Shown: positions 21,017 to 29,478 of the stretch, piece by piece | Layout: each line of letters begins with the position of its first letter | How positions within the stretch are numbered: position 1 is the stretch's first letter | Assembly (NCBI GenBank): GCA_019244185.1 | Contig: JAFATB010000024.1 | Location: forward strand, 1 to 47,679 | Source of the DNA: Acidobacteriota bacterium | Lineage (GTDB): Bacteria; Acidobacteriota; Thermoanaerobaculia; Gp7-AA8 | Direction of reading: 5' to 3' | DNA length: 47,679 nucleotides | Translations under genes and position numbers: made by a program | The notes under the pieces: generated by a model | Databases searched by the model: none | What the model was told of the DNA's origin: nothing | What the model saw: the letters and a program-made list of their open reading frames with translations, nothing else

Positions 21017-21985
21017 GGCGATCGTCTCCACGATGCGCGGCACGTGCACGTGGCAATCCTCGACGATGATGCGCACCCGTTCCGCGGGCGAGCCGGCGAT
21101 GGCGGTGCCGGCCACGAAGACGTTGCGCACGTTCGTCTCCATCGTGGCGTCGTCGAGCCGCGGCTTGTTGTCCGCAGACTGCAGGTCGACGCCGAGCATC
21201 GCGAAGAGCGAGGTGTCCTGCTTGTAGCCGGTGAGCATGAGCACGAAGTCGGCGGGAACTTCGCCGATCGGATCGAGCACGACGCTGCCGCCGCGGATCT
21301 CGCGCGGCGTCGTGCCGGGGAGAAAACGCACGCGCTTGTCGCGGATCATCGAGCGGATCTCCGGGAGCAGCCAGAACTTCACGCTGGCGGCGTCGAAGTC
21401 GTTCTTGCGATAGCTGAGCGTGACGCGCGCGCCCGCGCGCTGGCAGCGCACGGCCGCCTCGACCGCGGAGTTGCGGCCGCCGATGATCAGCAGCTGCTTG
21501 TCAAAGTACGTATGCGGATCGTGGAAGTAGTGGCTGACGTGCGGCAGGTCTTCGCCGGGAACGCCGAGGAGCTTCGGCATGTGCATCGCGCCGATGGCTA
21601 AGACGAGCGCCTCGCAGTGGTACGTATGTTGACCATCGACGGCGTTCGTCGTCAGCGTGAAGCCGCCGTGCTCGTCCTGGCGTGCATCGACGACGCGCTC
21701 GTACGTCCGCACGCGCAGGTCGAACTGCAGCACGACCGCGCGGAGGTAGGCGAGGAACTCCTCGCGCGTCGGCTTCTGCTGGTCGGCGGTCTGGATCGCG
21801 ACGCCGGAAATGGCGAGGCGCTCGGCACTGGAGTGGAAGAGCATCTGCTGCGGATACCACTGCATGGTCGAGCCGATCTGGCCGGCGTCGAGTTGCAGGT
21901 AGTCGATCCCTTCGCGTTTGAGCGCGACGGCGAGCTCGAGGCCGATGGGACCGGCGCCGATGATGATGACGGAGTGATGCGTCAC
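20999..21985 (-). CDS. YpdA-like FAD/NAD(P)H oxidoreductase (thioredoxin-reductase fold)
   Basis: GAGPIG, KPTREEFLAY, VSHYFHDPH, GGRNSAVEAA, METNVRNVFVAG; no CxxC; GTG 21985 overlaps the TerB stop. Confidence 0.85.
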   Translation of the reverse strand: MTHHSVIIIGAGPIGLELAVALKREGIDYLQLDAGQIGSTMQWYPQQMLFHSSAERLAISGVAIQTADQQKPTREEFLAYLRAVVLQFDLRVRTYERVVDARQDEHGGFTLTTNAVDGQHTYHCEALVLAIGAMHMPKLLGVPGEDLPHVSHYFHDPHTYFDKQLLIIGGRNSAVEAAVRCQRAGARVTLSYRKNDFDAASVKFWLLPEIRSMIRDKRVRFLPGTTPREIRGGSVVLDPIGEVPADFVLMLTGYKQDTSLFAMLGVDLQSADNKPRLDDATMETNVRNVFVAGTAIAGSPAERVRIIVEDCHVHVPRIVETIASRLRQ

Positions 21986-22440
21986 GAGTCGCGCTCGCGG
22001 AGGACGGCGGATTTCGCGTCGATCATCACGTGATGTTCGAGGCCGAGGAGATCGGCGAGCTTGCGGACGAGATAGTTCTCGTACTCGGTGAGCTTGCCGT
22101 CGGAGTAGACCACGCGCCACATCGTCTTCACGATCTCGATGCGGTCGGCGAGCGGCGTGTTCTTGCGGATGTAGTGCGTCAGCGCGAAATGATCGACGGT
22201 CTTCTTGCGGATCTCGTCGGCGGCGGCGAGGAGCTGTTTCGTCTCCTCCTGCGCGAGGCCGAAGCGGTTGGCGAGGAACGACTCGACGCTGCCGTCTTCG
22301 GCCGGCGAGAACGTGCCGTCGGCGTACGCGATCTCGAGAAGCACGGCGGCGGTGGCGAGGCGCAGCGGATCGTGCTGCACGCGGGGTGCGGTGCTGGATG
22401 GACGTCCGGTGAAGTGGTCGAGGATGCGGGCGATGCTCAC
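21982..22440 (-). CDS. TerB family (tellurite resistance-like) protein
   Basis: LLEIAYADG...WRVVYSDGKLTEYE...LADLLGL. Confidence 0.88.
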   Translation of the reverse strand: MSIARILDHFTGRPSSTAPRVQHDPLRLATAAVLLEIAYADGTFSPAEDGSVESFLANRFGLAQEETKQLLAAADEIRKKTVDHFALTHYIRKNTPLADRIEIVKTMWRVVYSDGKLTEYENYLVRKLADLLGLEHHVMIDAKSAVLRERDS

Positions 22441-22481
22441 GCCGGGAGTTTAATGAAAATCCGCGCCGTTCCACTCCGCGT

Positions 22482-22961
22482 ATGCGCGTGCAACTCGAAC
22501 AACTCGGCAACGACGCTCCCATCTGGATCTTCGGCATCTCTCCCGCGCTCGACCGCGACGGCGAGCAGGCTCTGCTCCGCGACGTCGATGCGTTCCTCGA
22601 CCGTTGGGCCTCGCACGGCGCGCCCATCCGCGCCGCGCGTGAGCTCCGCGACGGCAGCTTCCTCATCATCGCCGCCGACGCCGCGAGCGAGAAATCCGGC
22701 TGCTCGATCGACCGACTCTTCGGCACGCTGCGCAGCCTCGAGCAGCAGCTCGGCGTCACGATTCTCGACTCGAACCGCGTCTTCTACCGCGACGCCGACG
22801 CCGACACGGACAGCATCCGCGCCGTCGCCCGCGGCGAGTTCCGCAATGCCGCGACGGCGGATACCGAGGTCTTCGACCTGACGGCCGAACGGCTGGGCGA
22901 CGTGCGCACGGGTACGTGGCAGCGCCGGGCGGCGGAATCGTGGCATCGGCAGCTGCTGTAG
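22482..22961 (+). CDS. Conserved hypothetical protein with SGCSID motif
   Basis: WIF...WASHG...SGCSIDRL...SW pattern, recognised as an uncharacterised family; typical codon usage. Confidence 0.75.
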   Translation: MRVQLEQLGNDAPIWIFGISPALDRDGEQALLRDVDAFLDRWASHGAPIRAARELRDGSFLIIAADAASEKSGCSIDRLFGTLRSLEQQLGVTILDSNRVFYRDADADTDSIRAVARGEFRNAATADTEVFDLTAERLGDVRTGTWQRRAAESWHRQLL

Positions 22962-23020
22962 TCGTCGCTTGGGTAGGAAAAATGCCGAGCCAGTCTCTCC
23001 TTTGAACGAGGAGATCGAGC

Positions 23021-23326
23021 ATGGCGGCAACACGCGGCAGTAAAAAAGCCGGTGCGAAGAAGAGCAGCGGCGCCAAGAAGGCCGGGGGCGCGAAACGTTC
23101 CGGCGCGAAGAGCAGCGGCGCGAAGCGTTCCAGCGCGAAACGCAGCGTGAAAAGCGGCGCGAAGAAAGCCGGCGCCGCGAAACGTTCGCGCACGCCCTAC
23201 GACCAGCTGAAGAAAGCGCGAAAGATCGTCATCAAGAAGGCGAAGCGGATCACCACCGCGATCAGCGGAGGGCTTCCCGGACACGACGACACGCCGGGTA
23301 ATGACGACACGACGGGCAATGACTGA
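23021..23326 (+). CDS. Lys/Ala/Ser-rich histone-H1-like small protein with acidic tail DDTPGNDDTTGND
   Basis: SD GAGGAG upstream; repeated GAKK/GAKR units; duplicated C-terminal motif. Confidence 0.8.
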   Translation: MAATRGSKKAGAKKSSGAKKAGGAKRSGAKSSGAKRSSAKRSVKSGAKKAGAAKRSRTPYDQLKKARKIVIKKAKRITTAISGGLPGHDDTPGNDDTTGND

Positions 23327-24248
23327 TCGCGTGCCACGCCCACGCGTTCATCGCTGGCGGCGCAGCGCGCTCGTCATCGGCTCCGCCGCCGTGGCCGCGT
23401 TCCTCGCTCGTCCGCGCAAGCCGGCCGCGCAGTCGTCGCATGCGGCGCCGCCACCCGTTGCGCCGCCGCCGGTCGCGTCCGCGCAGGACGAGCTCGACAT
23501 CGACGCGCTCCTCGCGCGCGATAACCGCCGCGGCTGGAGCGCGTTCTGGCTCGAGGCGGCGATCGCGATCGCGGTTCTGCTGCTCGTCGCCGTGCCGCTG
23601 TTCTTCGCGTGGCGCGGCCGCACGGCGTACGTCCTCGTGCACGATCTGCGGCAGGGCGATCCGATTCGCGTCGAAGATCTGCAACCGATGCGGATGCCGC
23701 GGCTCGATCACGCCTTCCGCGATCTCGCGGCTCTCGCTGGCGGCGTGCAGGCGCGGAACGACCTGCAGTCCGGGAGCGTGCTCCACACGACCGATCTCGT
23801 GCGCCTGCAGGCGGTGGCCACGACCGATCTCGCGGCAGGCGATCGCGTCGAACCATCGCACAACGTCACCTTCAAACCGTTGCCGTACGCCGCCGACGCG
23901 CTGACGCCGAACACGACCGCGCGGAAGACGGTGACGCGGTTCGTCGCCGCGGGATCGCTACTGCATGCGAGCGTTCTGGCCGACGCGCCGCCGCCGGCGA
24001 AGGCCGCGGACATCGCGGTTCCGCTGCGCGCGTTCAGCGGCGCGCTTGATGTCGCAGAGGGTGCCGAGGTGGTGGTCGTGGCGACGCCGCGCAACGCGGG
24101 GAATGCGGCGGCGTTCGAGCACGTCCGGATCGTGTCCGTCGATCGCGGCACCGAGCCGCCGAAGTTCATCGTGGCGATGACGCAGGCGGAGGCGATGCGG
24201 TTTGCGGCGCTGCCCGCGGCCGACTTTACGATCATGCAGAGGAGATGA
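23319..24248 (+). CDS. Membrane-anchored SAF-domain / CpaB(RcpC)-like protein
   Basis: Two TM segments, two SAF-like repeats (DLRQGDPIRVEDL...DLQSGSVLHTTDL; DLAAGDRV...VAAGSLL), CpaB-like tail (AVPL...GAEVVVV...VRIVSV...VAMTQAEA); ATG overlaps the upstream stop. Confidence 0.7.
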   Translation: MTDRVPRPRVHRWRRSALVIGSAAVAAFLARPRKPAAQSSHAAPPPVAPPPVASAQDELDIDALLARDNRRGWSAFWLEAAIAIAVLLLVAVPLFFAWRGRTAYVLVHDLRQGDPIRVEDLQPMRMPRLDHAFRDLAALAGGVQARNDLQSGSVLHTTDLVRLQAVATTDLAAGDRVEPSHNVTFKPLPYAADALTPNTTARKTVTRFVAAGSLLHASVLADAPPPAKAADIAVPLRAFSGALDVAEGAEVVVVATPRNAGNAAAFEHVRIVSVDRGTEPPKFIVAMTQAEAMRFAALPAADFTIMQRR

Positions 24249-24251
24249 GCG

Positions 24252-24530
24252 ATGGCGGAGAACGACGAAGAAAAGTTAGCGCGTGCGTATCGCGTGCTCG
24301 CCGAGACGGCCGCAGAGTTCGGCATTGTGATCGATGGTCCGGGACAGATGATCGATTTCGGGTATCTGCCGTCGGATGAGGTCCAGCGGTTCGGTCAGAA
24401 GATTCGCGAGCAGCAATACAGCATCGATCCGCGCGATTTTCTGCGATGGCGCGAACGTGGCGTGCAATGCAACGTCGGCGCGCTTGTTTCCGAGCTCGCC
24501 GGCAAAGACGACACGCCCGGGAACGACTGA
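24252..24530 (+). CDS. Small hypothetical protein ending in DDTPGND
   Basis: SD GGAG upstream; 3 nt after the previous stop; same C-terminal motif as 23021-23326. Confidence 0.75.
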   Translation: MAENDEEKLARAYRVLAETAAEFGIVIDGPGQMIDFGYLPSDEVQRFGQKIREQQYSIDPRDFLRWRERGVQCNVGALVSELAGKDDTPGND

Positions 24531-24532
24531 CG

Positions 24533-25795
24533 ATGACCAGCATCTTCTCCGCGATCTCGGGACAGTTCGGCCGCGCGATCATCATCGGCGCGCTGCTTCC
24601 GGCCGCCGTCTTCGTCCTCGCCACGCACCTCTTCGTCGTGCCGATGCTGCCGTGGGACTGGCGGCTCATCACGCGCGTGGCGGCGCTCGATCCGGAGTGG
24701 AAAGTCGCGTCGCTCGTCGTGGCGGCCACGATTCTGGCGGGGCTGCTCTACACGATGAACACGAGCATCATCCGCTTCTACGAAGGCTATCCGTGGCAGC
24801 ACGGCTGGCTCGGCCGCCGTCGCTCGGACGCGTATCGGACGAAGCTCGGCGAGCGGACCGCGACCGCGAAACAGGCGCGCGAGCTGCGGCGGCGGTTGTC
24901 GCGCAACAAACCGAAGGACGCACGTCTGCTCGATCTGGCGAAGGCGCGCGACGACGCCGATCGCGCGATCAACAGCGATTTTCCCGCGTCCGGTTCCGTG
25001 CTGCCGACGCGGCTCGGCAACGCGATCCGCGCCTTCGAAACGTACTCGCGGAATCAGTACGGCATCTCCGCGATCCCGCTCTGGCCGCGGTTCGTCGCGC
25101 GCATCCGCTCCGACCACGCCGCCGCGATCGACGACGCGAAGACATCGTTCGACGTGGCCGTGCATCTCTCGTTTCTCTCCGCGCTGACGGCCTTCCTGAT
25201 GATCGTCATCGCCGCGGTGTATCCGCTGCCGTTCGCGACGATGCCCCTGTTCGCCGCGTGGGCGATCCGCGTCGTGGCCGCGTCCGCGCTGAGCTGGGGT
25301 TTCTACGAGCTGGCCATCGACCGCGCGATGGCCTGGGGCGACCTCGTGCGCGGCGTGTTCGATCTTTACCGCTGGGAAGTCCTCAAAGACCTCGGCTACG
25401 AGACGCGTCCCGGCGACCTGCTCTCCGAGCGCGCGCTCTGGACGGCGATCTCGCGCCAGATGATCTTCGGCGATCCCGAGCTCGGCGCGAACCTTCGCTA
25501 CGAGCCGAACACGCTGGTCGTCCCGCACAACGAATGGATTCGCCTCACGCGCGCCGAACGCACGACGAAGAGCGGAACGGAGATCTCGATCGTGGTCGAG
25601 AATCGCGGCGTCGATCCCGCGACGAAGATCGATCTCCGGGAACGGATCGCGGACGGCAGCGTCTACGTCGCCGGCTCCGGACGCCTCGACGGAACTCCGA
25701 TCGTCGTGCGCGGAACGAACCCGTACTCGTTCGCCGTCGGAGATCTCGTGGCAGGGGCGAGAGTCGAGGTCACGTACCAGCTCGCACGCGCGTGA
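24533..25795 (+). CDS. Four-TM membrane protein with C-terminal DUF11-like Ig domain
   Basis: TM segments, LPTRLGNAIRAFE...YG...LWPR motif, C-terminal ISIVVENRG..ATKIDLRERI..G..YVAGS...GDLVAGARVEVTY; start ATG 24533. Confidence 0.75.
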   Translation: MTSIFSAISGQFGRAIIIGALLPAAVFVLATHLFVVPMLPWDWRLITRVAALDPEWKVASLVVAATILAGLLYTMNTSIIRFYEGYPWQHGWLGRRRSDAYRTKLGERTATAKQARELRRRLSRNKPKDARLLDLAKARDDADRAINSDFPASGSVLPTRLGNAIRAFETYSRNQYGISAIPLWPRFVARIRSDHAAAIDDAKTSFDVAVHLSFLSALTAFLMIVIAAVYPLPFATMPLFAAWAIRVVAASALSWGFYELAIDRAMAWGDLVRGVFDLYRWEVLKDLGYETRPGDLLSERALWTAISRQMIFGDPELGANLRYEPNTLVVPHNEWIRLTRAERTTKSGTEISIVVENRGVDPATKIDLRERIADGSVYVAGSGRLDGTPIVVRGTNPYSFAVGDLVAGARVEVTYQLARA

Positions 25796-25871
25796 ATCCA
25801 TCACACCGATTTCACATCGGTCAGTAGTTTCGGAACGTGCTTCGCCTCCGCGATGTGGGATCATCCTCTCC

Positions 25872-26327
25872 ATGAACATCGCGATCCGTCGCGCAGTCGG
25901 TTCCGACGCACCCCGCGCGACGGAGCTCGCACGGCTCGCGAAGGCGCATTGGGGGTATCCGGCCGACTGGCTGGCGGCGTGGCGGGACGATCTGTCGCTG
26001 AGTCCCGACGATATCGAGCGCCACGAGACGTTCGTCGCGGAGCTGAATGGGGAAGTCGTCGGCGTGTGCCAGCTGCAGCAGGCGGGCGGGCCGTCGATGC
26101 TCGAGCACGTGTGGGTCGATCCGCGCTGTCACGGACAGGGCGTCGGGCGCGCGCTCGTGACGCACGCGCAGGGACGCGCGAGCGGGCCGATCGCGATCGT
26201 GGCCGATCCGAACGCGGAGCGCTTCTATCTCAAGCTCGGCGCGCGGCGCGTGGGCGACGTCGCGGCGCCGATGCCGGGCGCGCCGCGGCGCTCGCTGCCG
26301 CTGCTGGAGCTCGATGGCGCCGGTTGA
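25872..26327 (+). CDS. GNAT family N-acetyltransferase
   Basis: VWVDPRCHGQGVGRAL acetyl-CoA motif; PNAERFYLKLG. Confidence 0.9.
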   Translation: MNIAIRRAVGSDAPRATELARLAKAHWGYPADWLAAWRDDLSLSPDDIERHETFVAELNGEVVGVCQLQQAGGPSMLEHVWVDPRCHGQGVGRALVTHAQGRASGPIAIVADPNAERFYLKLGARRVGDVAAPMPGAPRRSLPLLELDGAG

Positions 26328-27075
26328 CGTCTTTCACGAGATCCGCGGCGACGGCGAGCCGCTCTTCCTCCTCAACGGCATCATGATGACCACCGCGTCG
26401 TGGGCGCAGGAGACGCGGCGTCTCGCGAAGTCGTATCGCTGCGTGCTGCACGACTTCCGCGGCCAGCTGCGCACGCCGGTGCCGGGACCGTATGCGCTGC
26501 GCGATCATGTCGACGACCTCGCCGCCTTGTTCGATCGCCTCGGCATCGACCGCGCCCATCTCGCGGGCACGTCGTACGGCGGCGAAGTAGCGATGCTCTT
26601 CGCGCTTGCGCATCCGGAGCGCGTGCGGACGCTCACCGTCATCGCCTCGGTGTCGCACAGCGAGGCGCCGCTGCGCGCGAGCGTCACGCGCTGGCGCGAC
26701 ACCGCGCTGCACGCGCCCGACGCGCTCTACGACCTCACGCTGCCGGACAACTTCTCGCCCGACTTCGTGACGCCGGTGCTCGCGCAGCAGGGACGCGATC
26801 GCCTGAGCACGTATCCGCCGGAGTTCTTTCGCGCCTTCGCGGATCTCTGCGACGCCTTCCTCACGCTCGATATCACGGACGAGCTGCACGCGATCCGCTG
26901 CCCGACGCTCGTCATCGCGGCGGAACGCGACGCGCTCAAGCCGGTGCACTACAGCGAGATCATCGCGTCGCGGATTCCGAACGCGCGCCTCGCGATCGTG
27001 CCCAATGCCGGGCACGCCGTGGTCATCGAGCGGCCGGATGCGATCAGCGCGCTCATCGAACCGTTCGCGCGGTAG
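26314..27075 (+). CDS. Alpha/beta hydrolase (enol-lactonase-like)
   Basis: HDFRGQ, nucleophile GTSYGG, D and GH catalytic motifs. Confidence 0.9.
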   Translation: MAPVDVFHEIRGDGEPLFLLNGIMMTTASWAQETRRLAKSYRCVLHDFRGQLRTPVPGPYALRDHVDDLAALFDRLGIDRAHLAGTSYGGEVAMLFALAHPERVRTLTVIASVSHSEAPLRASVTRWRDTALHAPDALYDLTLPDNFSPDFVTPVLAQQGRDRLSTYPPEFFRAFADLCDAFLTLDITDELHAIRCPTLVIAAERDALKPVHYSEIIASRIPNARLAIVPNAGHAVVIERPDAISALIEPFAR

Positions 27076-27131
27076 CGAGCCGAGGTAGGGATGCGCGCCC
27101 TTCGGTACTCTCCCTCGCAGGAGGAAGAGAG

Positions 27132-28436
27132 ATGAGACGCGCTCAAGCTCTGTTCATGGTGTTGCTGTTGATCCTGCCGGCGGCGGCGCAGCAGTCGCCG
27201 CAGGTGCCGTGCAACGCGCCGCCGGCGGGCGTCGATCCGTCCGTCCCGATGAATCAGCCGGACCGCTACGCGTGGGAGTTGTTCGTCCAGGTCAATCAAA
27301 AGGCGCCCGCGTCGTTCCAGCACTCCATCACGTACCAGGGCAAGACCTTCATGACGAACAGCGCGGTGTGGGAGACGTGGCCGGACGATCCGTGGACGTT
27401 CCCGACGAATCCCGATCCGAGCGATCCGCCGAAGTGGCCGGATGCGCCGATCGCCAAGCGCCTGCATCCGAAAGGCAAGGGCAATCACCTGACGCACACC
27501 GCCGACCTCGCCGGCCGCAACGACATCATCCTCGACACCGGCGGCGAGGAGATCCACCGCAACCGCGCGACCTTCGACTACGTCATCCAGAACAACCTCT
27601 GGTACACGCAGGGCATCGCCGCGTTCGTCGCGAAAGGATTGCCCGCGAACTTTCCCACCGACTCGATCGAAGTGAAGGGCAACTGGAACAAGATCAAGGA
27701 GTCGGACAAGAGCAAGTACCACTGGAACTACGACGAGCAGGGCAACCTCTGGGGACTCGTCGCGATGCACATCACCTCGAAGGCGCTGCCGAACTGGTTC
27801 TGGGCGACGTTCGAGTGGGTCGACAACCCAGGACGCTGCGACTACATCGGCTGCTCCGACTGCTTCGGCTACCAGCCGTCCTTCGTGCCGTCGCACACGT
27901 GTCCCGCGTCGGGCAACTGTCCCGCAAACCTCGTCGGGCAGATCTACAAAGAGCCGACGACGATCACGCCCGGACTCGACTCGCTCTTCGCGAAGGCGGG
28001 CTACAGCGGCGCGTGGCTCGGCGAGTATCGCCACTATCGGCTCAAGGGCTCGATGACGAACTTCACGACCTCCACCGGCCAGCCGATCCTCCTCGGCAAC
28101 TCGGTCACCGAATCGTCGTTCCTCCAGACCGCATCGTGCATGACCTGCCACGCGCGCGCGGCGGTGAAGGCGGACGGCACGAACGCGTTCCCGTTCTTCG
28201 GCGAGGCGCCGACGCTGCCGCTGCAGATGGCCACGCCCGCGCAGTTCCAGACGCAGCAGACGACCTATCACGGCGCGCCCGATCCGAACTGGTTCAACAG
28301 CTACTCCGACTTCTCGAAGAACGAGTTCCAGCCGACGGTCACGCCGATCGCGACGCAGCTCGATTTCGTCTGGGCCATTCCGTTCCAGGCGCACGCGGCG
28401 AAGACATCGACGACGAAGCCGTCATCCAAACCGTGA
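27132..28436 (+). CDS. Secreted protein with a single CxxCH (putative c-type cytochrome)
   Basis: Signal peptide (…PAAA-QQ), SD GGAGG, ASCMTCH near the C-terminus, WFWATFE motif; real start ATG 27132. Confidence 0.75.
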   Translation: MRRAQALFMVLLLILPAAAQQSPQVPCNAPPAGVDPSVPMNQPDRYAWELFVQVNQKAPASFQHSITYQGKTFMTNSAVWETWPDDPWTFPTNPDPSDPPKWPDAPIAKRLHPKGKGNHLTHTADLAGRNDIILDTGGEEIHRNRATFDYVIQNNLWYTQGIAAFVAKGLPANFPTDSIEVKGNWNKIKESDKSKYHWNYDEQGNLWGLVAMHITSKALPNWFWATFEWVDNPGRCDYIGCSDCFGYQPSFVPSHTCPASGNCPANLVGQIYKEPTTITPGLDSLFAKAGYSGAWLGEYRHYRLKGSMTNFTTSTGQPILLGNSVTESSFLQTASCMTCHARAAVKADGTNAFPFFGEAPTLPLQMATPAQFQTQQTTYHGAPDPNWFNSYSDFSKNEFQPTVTPIATQLDFVWAIPFQAHAAKTSTTKPSSKP

Positions 28437-28441
28437 ATGTC

Positions 28442-28475
28442 GATGCGGCCCGGACGTGCGCGTCCGGGCCGCATC
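28442..28475. terminator. Perfect 15-bp hairpin between convergent genes (bidirectional terminator or REP-like)
   Basis: gatgcggcccggacg-tgcg-cgtccgggccgcatc; no U-tract. Confidence 0.6.
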
Positions 28476-28484
28476 ACGCGCGCA

Positions 28485-29441
28485 CTAGAAGCGCTGCTGA
28501 ATGCCGATGAGGTAGTTGCGGCGCGCGACGAGCTGGAGGCCGTTCACGTGCTGGTAGAGCGGGAGCTGGATGTAGCTGTAGACGGACGTCGCGCGTCCCG
28601 CGACGAAGCGCAGACCGGGACTGAGATAGAGCCACGTCCCGCCGGTGAGATCGGGGTGCTCGTCGGTCGAGCCGACGTCGTCCTTCGCGCGCTGCCGCGC
28701 GTTGACCTGGGCGAGGAGATCGACGTGCGGCGCGATCGGATACTCGGTGCCGGCGTTGAGCTGCAGCTCGTCGCCGCGGCGATAGTCGCTCGTGCCGCGG
28801 CCGTTGCGTCGCGCGGAGAGCGAGACAAAGTACGGCAGCGCCGTGGCGTGTCCCATCTCTCCGGCGAGCGTCGTGTCGCGGACGACGGTCGACTGATACG
28901 TCGCGCCGATCGTGAAGTCCGTCGATCCGCTGCCGGGCTGGATTGTCACTTCCGCGACTTCGCCTGCGCTGTCCGCCTCGCCGGTCTCGCCGGTCGGAAA
29001 CTTGACGCTGCCTGAGAGCCAAAGATGCGGCAGCGTGCGGAACTGCGCCTGCAGCGACGCGTCGCCGAGGGCGCCGAAGCTCCACGTCTCGAGCTCGGAG
29101 GACTCGACTTCGATGTGGCGATGCGAGCGCGAGACGAACGGCAGCGTCGCAGCGAGCTGCAGCCGCGGCGTCGCCAGCCAGCCGAATTGCGCGGTGGTGA
29201 TGCGGTTGATGGTCTGCAACTCGTCGTGATCGCTCTCCGCATCCGAGAATGTGCCCGGACCGGTGCCGAAGCGCAGGCGGTTCTGGTCGATGTACTGGAA
29301 CGAGAGATCGAAGACGAAGCGCGAGCGGTCGACGTCGGTGAACGGTCGCAGCTCGATGGGACACGACGACGAACCACAACTCGCAAACAGGCGCGCGGGG
29401 AGCGCGAGCAACAGCAGCAGCGAGAGCGAGGCTCTCTTCAT
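28485..29441 (-). CDS. Outer-membrane beta-barrel transporter-like protein with N-terminal CGSSSC motif
   Basis: SD GAGGAG, signal peptide, GALGDASL, SVKFPTG, QPGSGSTD, C-terminal Phe. Confidence 0.75.
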   Translation of the reverse strand: MKRASLSLLLLLALPARLFASCGSSSCPIELRPFTDVDRSRFVFDLSFQYIDQNRLRFGTGPGTFSDAESDHDELQTINRITTAQFGWLATPRLQLAATLPFVSRSHRHIEVESSELETWSFGALGDASLQAQFRTLPHLWLSGSVKFPTGETGEADSAGEVAEVTIQPGSGSTDFTIGATYQSTVVRDTTLAGEMGHATALPYFVSLSARRNGRGTSDYRRGDELQLNAGTEYPIAPHVDLLAQVNARQRAKDDVGSTDEHPDLTGGTWLYLSPGLRFVAGRATSVYSYIQLPLYQHVNGLQLVARRNYLIGIQQRF

Positions 29442-29478
29442 GAACTCCTCCCTTGACGTGCGGATGGCAGGATGGAGG

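Noticed and set aside
23021-25795. Graspetide/RiPP cluster, or a Tad pilus locus
   Set aside because: The Thr/Asp repeats resemble graspetide cores, but no ATP-grasp ligase or other maturase is present. There is also no pilin, TadA or secretin.
25805-25821. Small palindrome accgat-ttcac-atcggt after the DDTPGND operon
   Set aside because: Only a 6-bp stem with no U-tract and a single occurrence; cannot be distinguished from chance.
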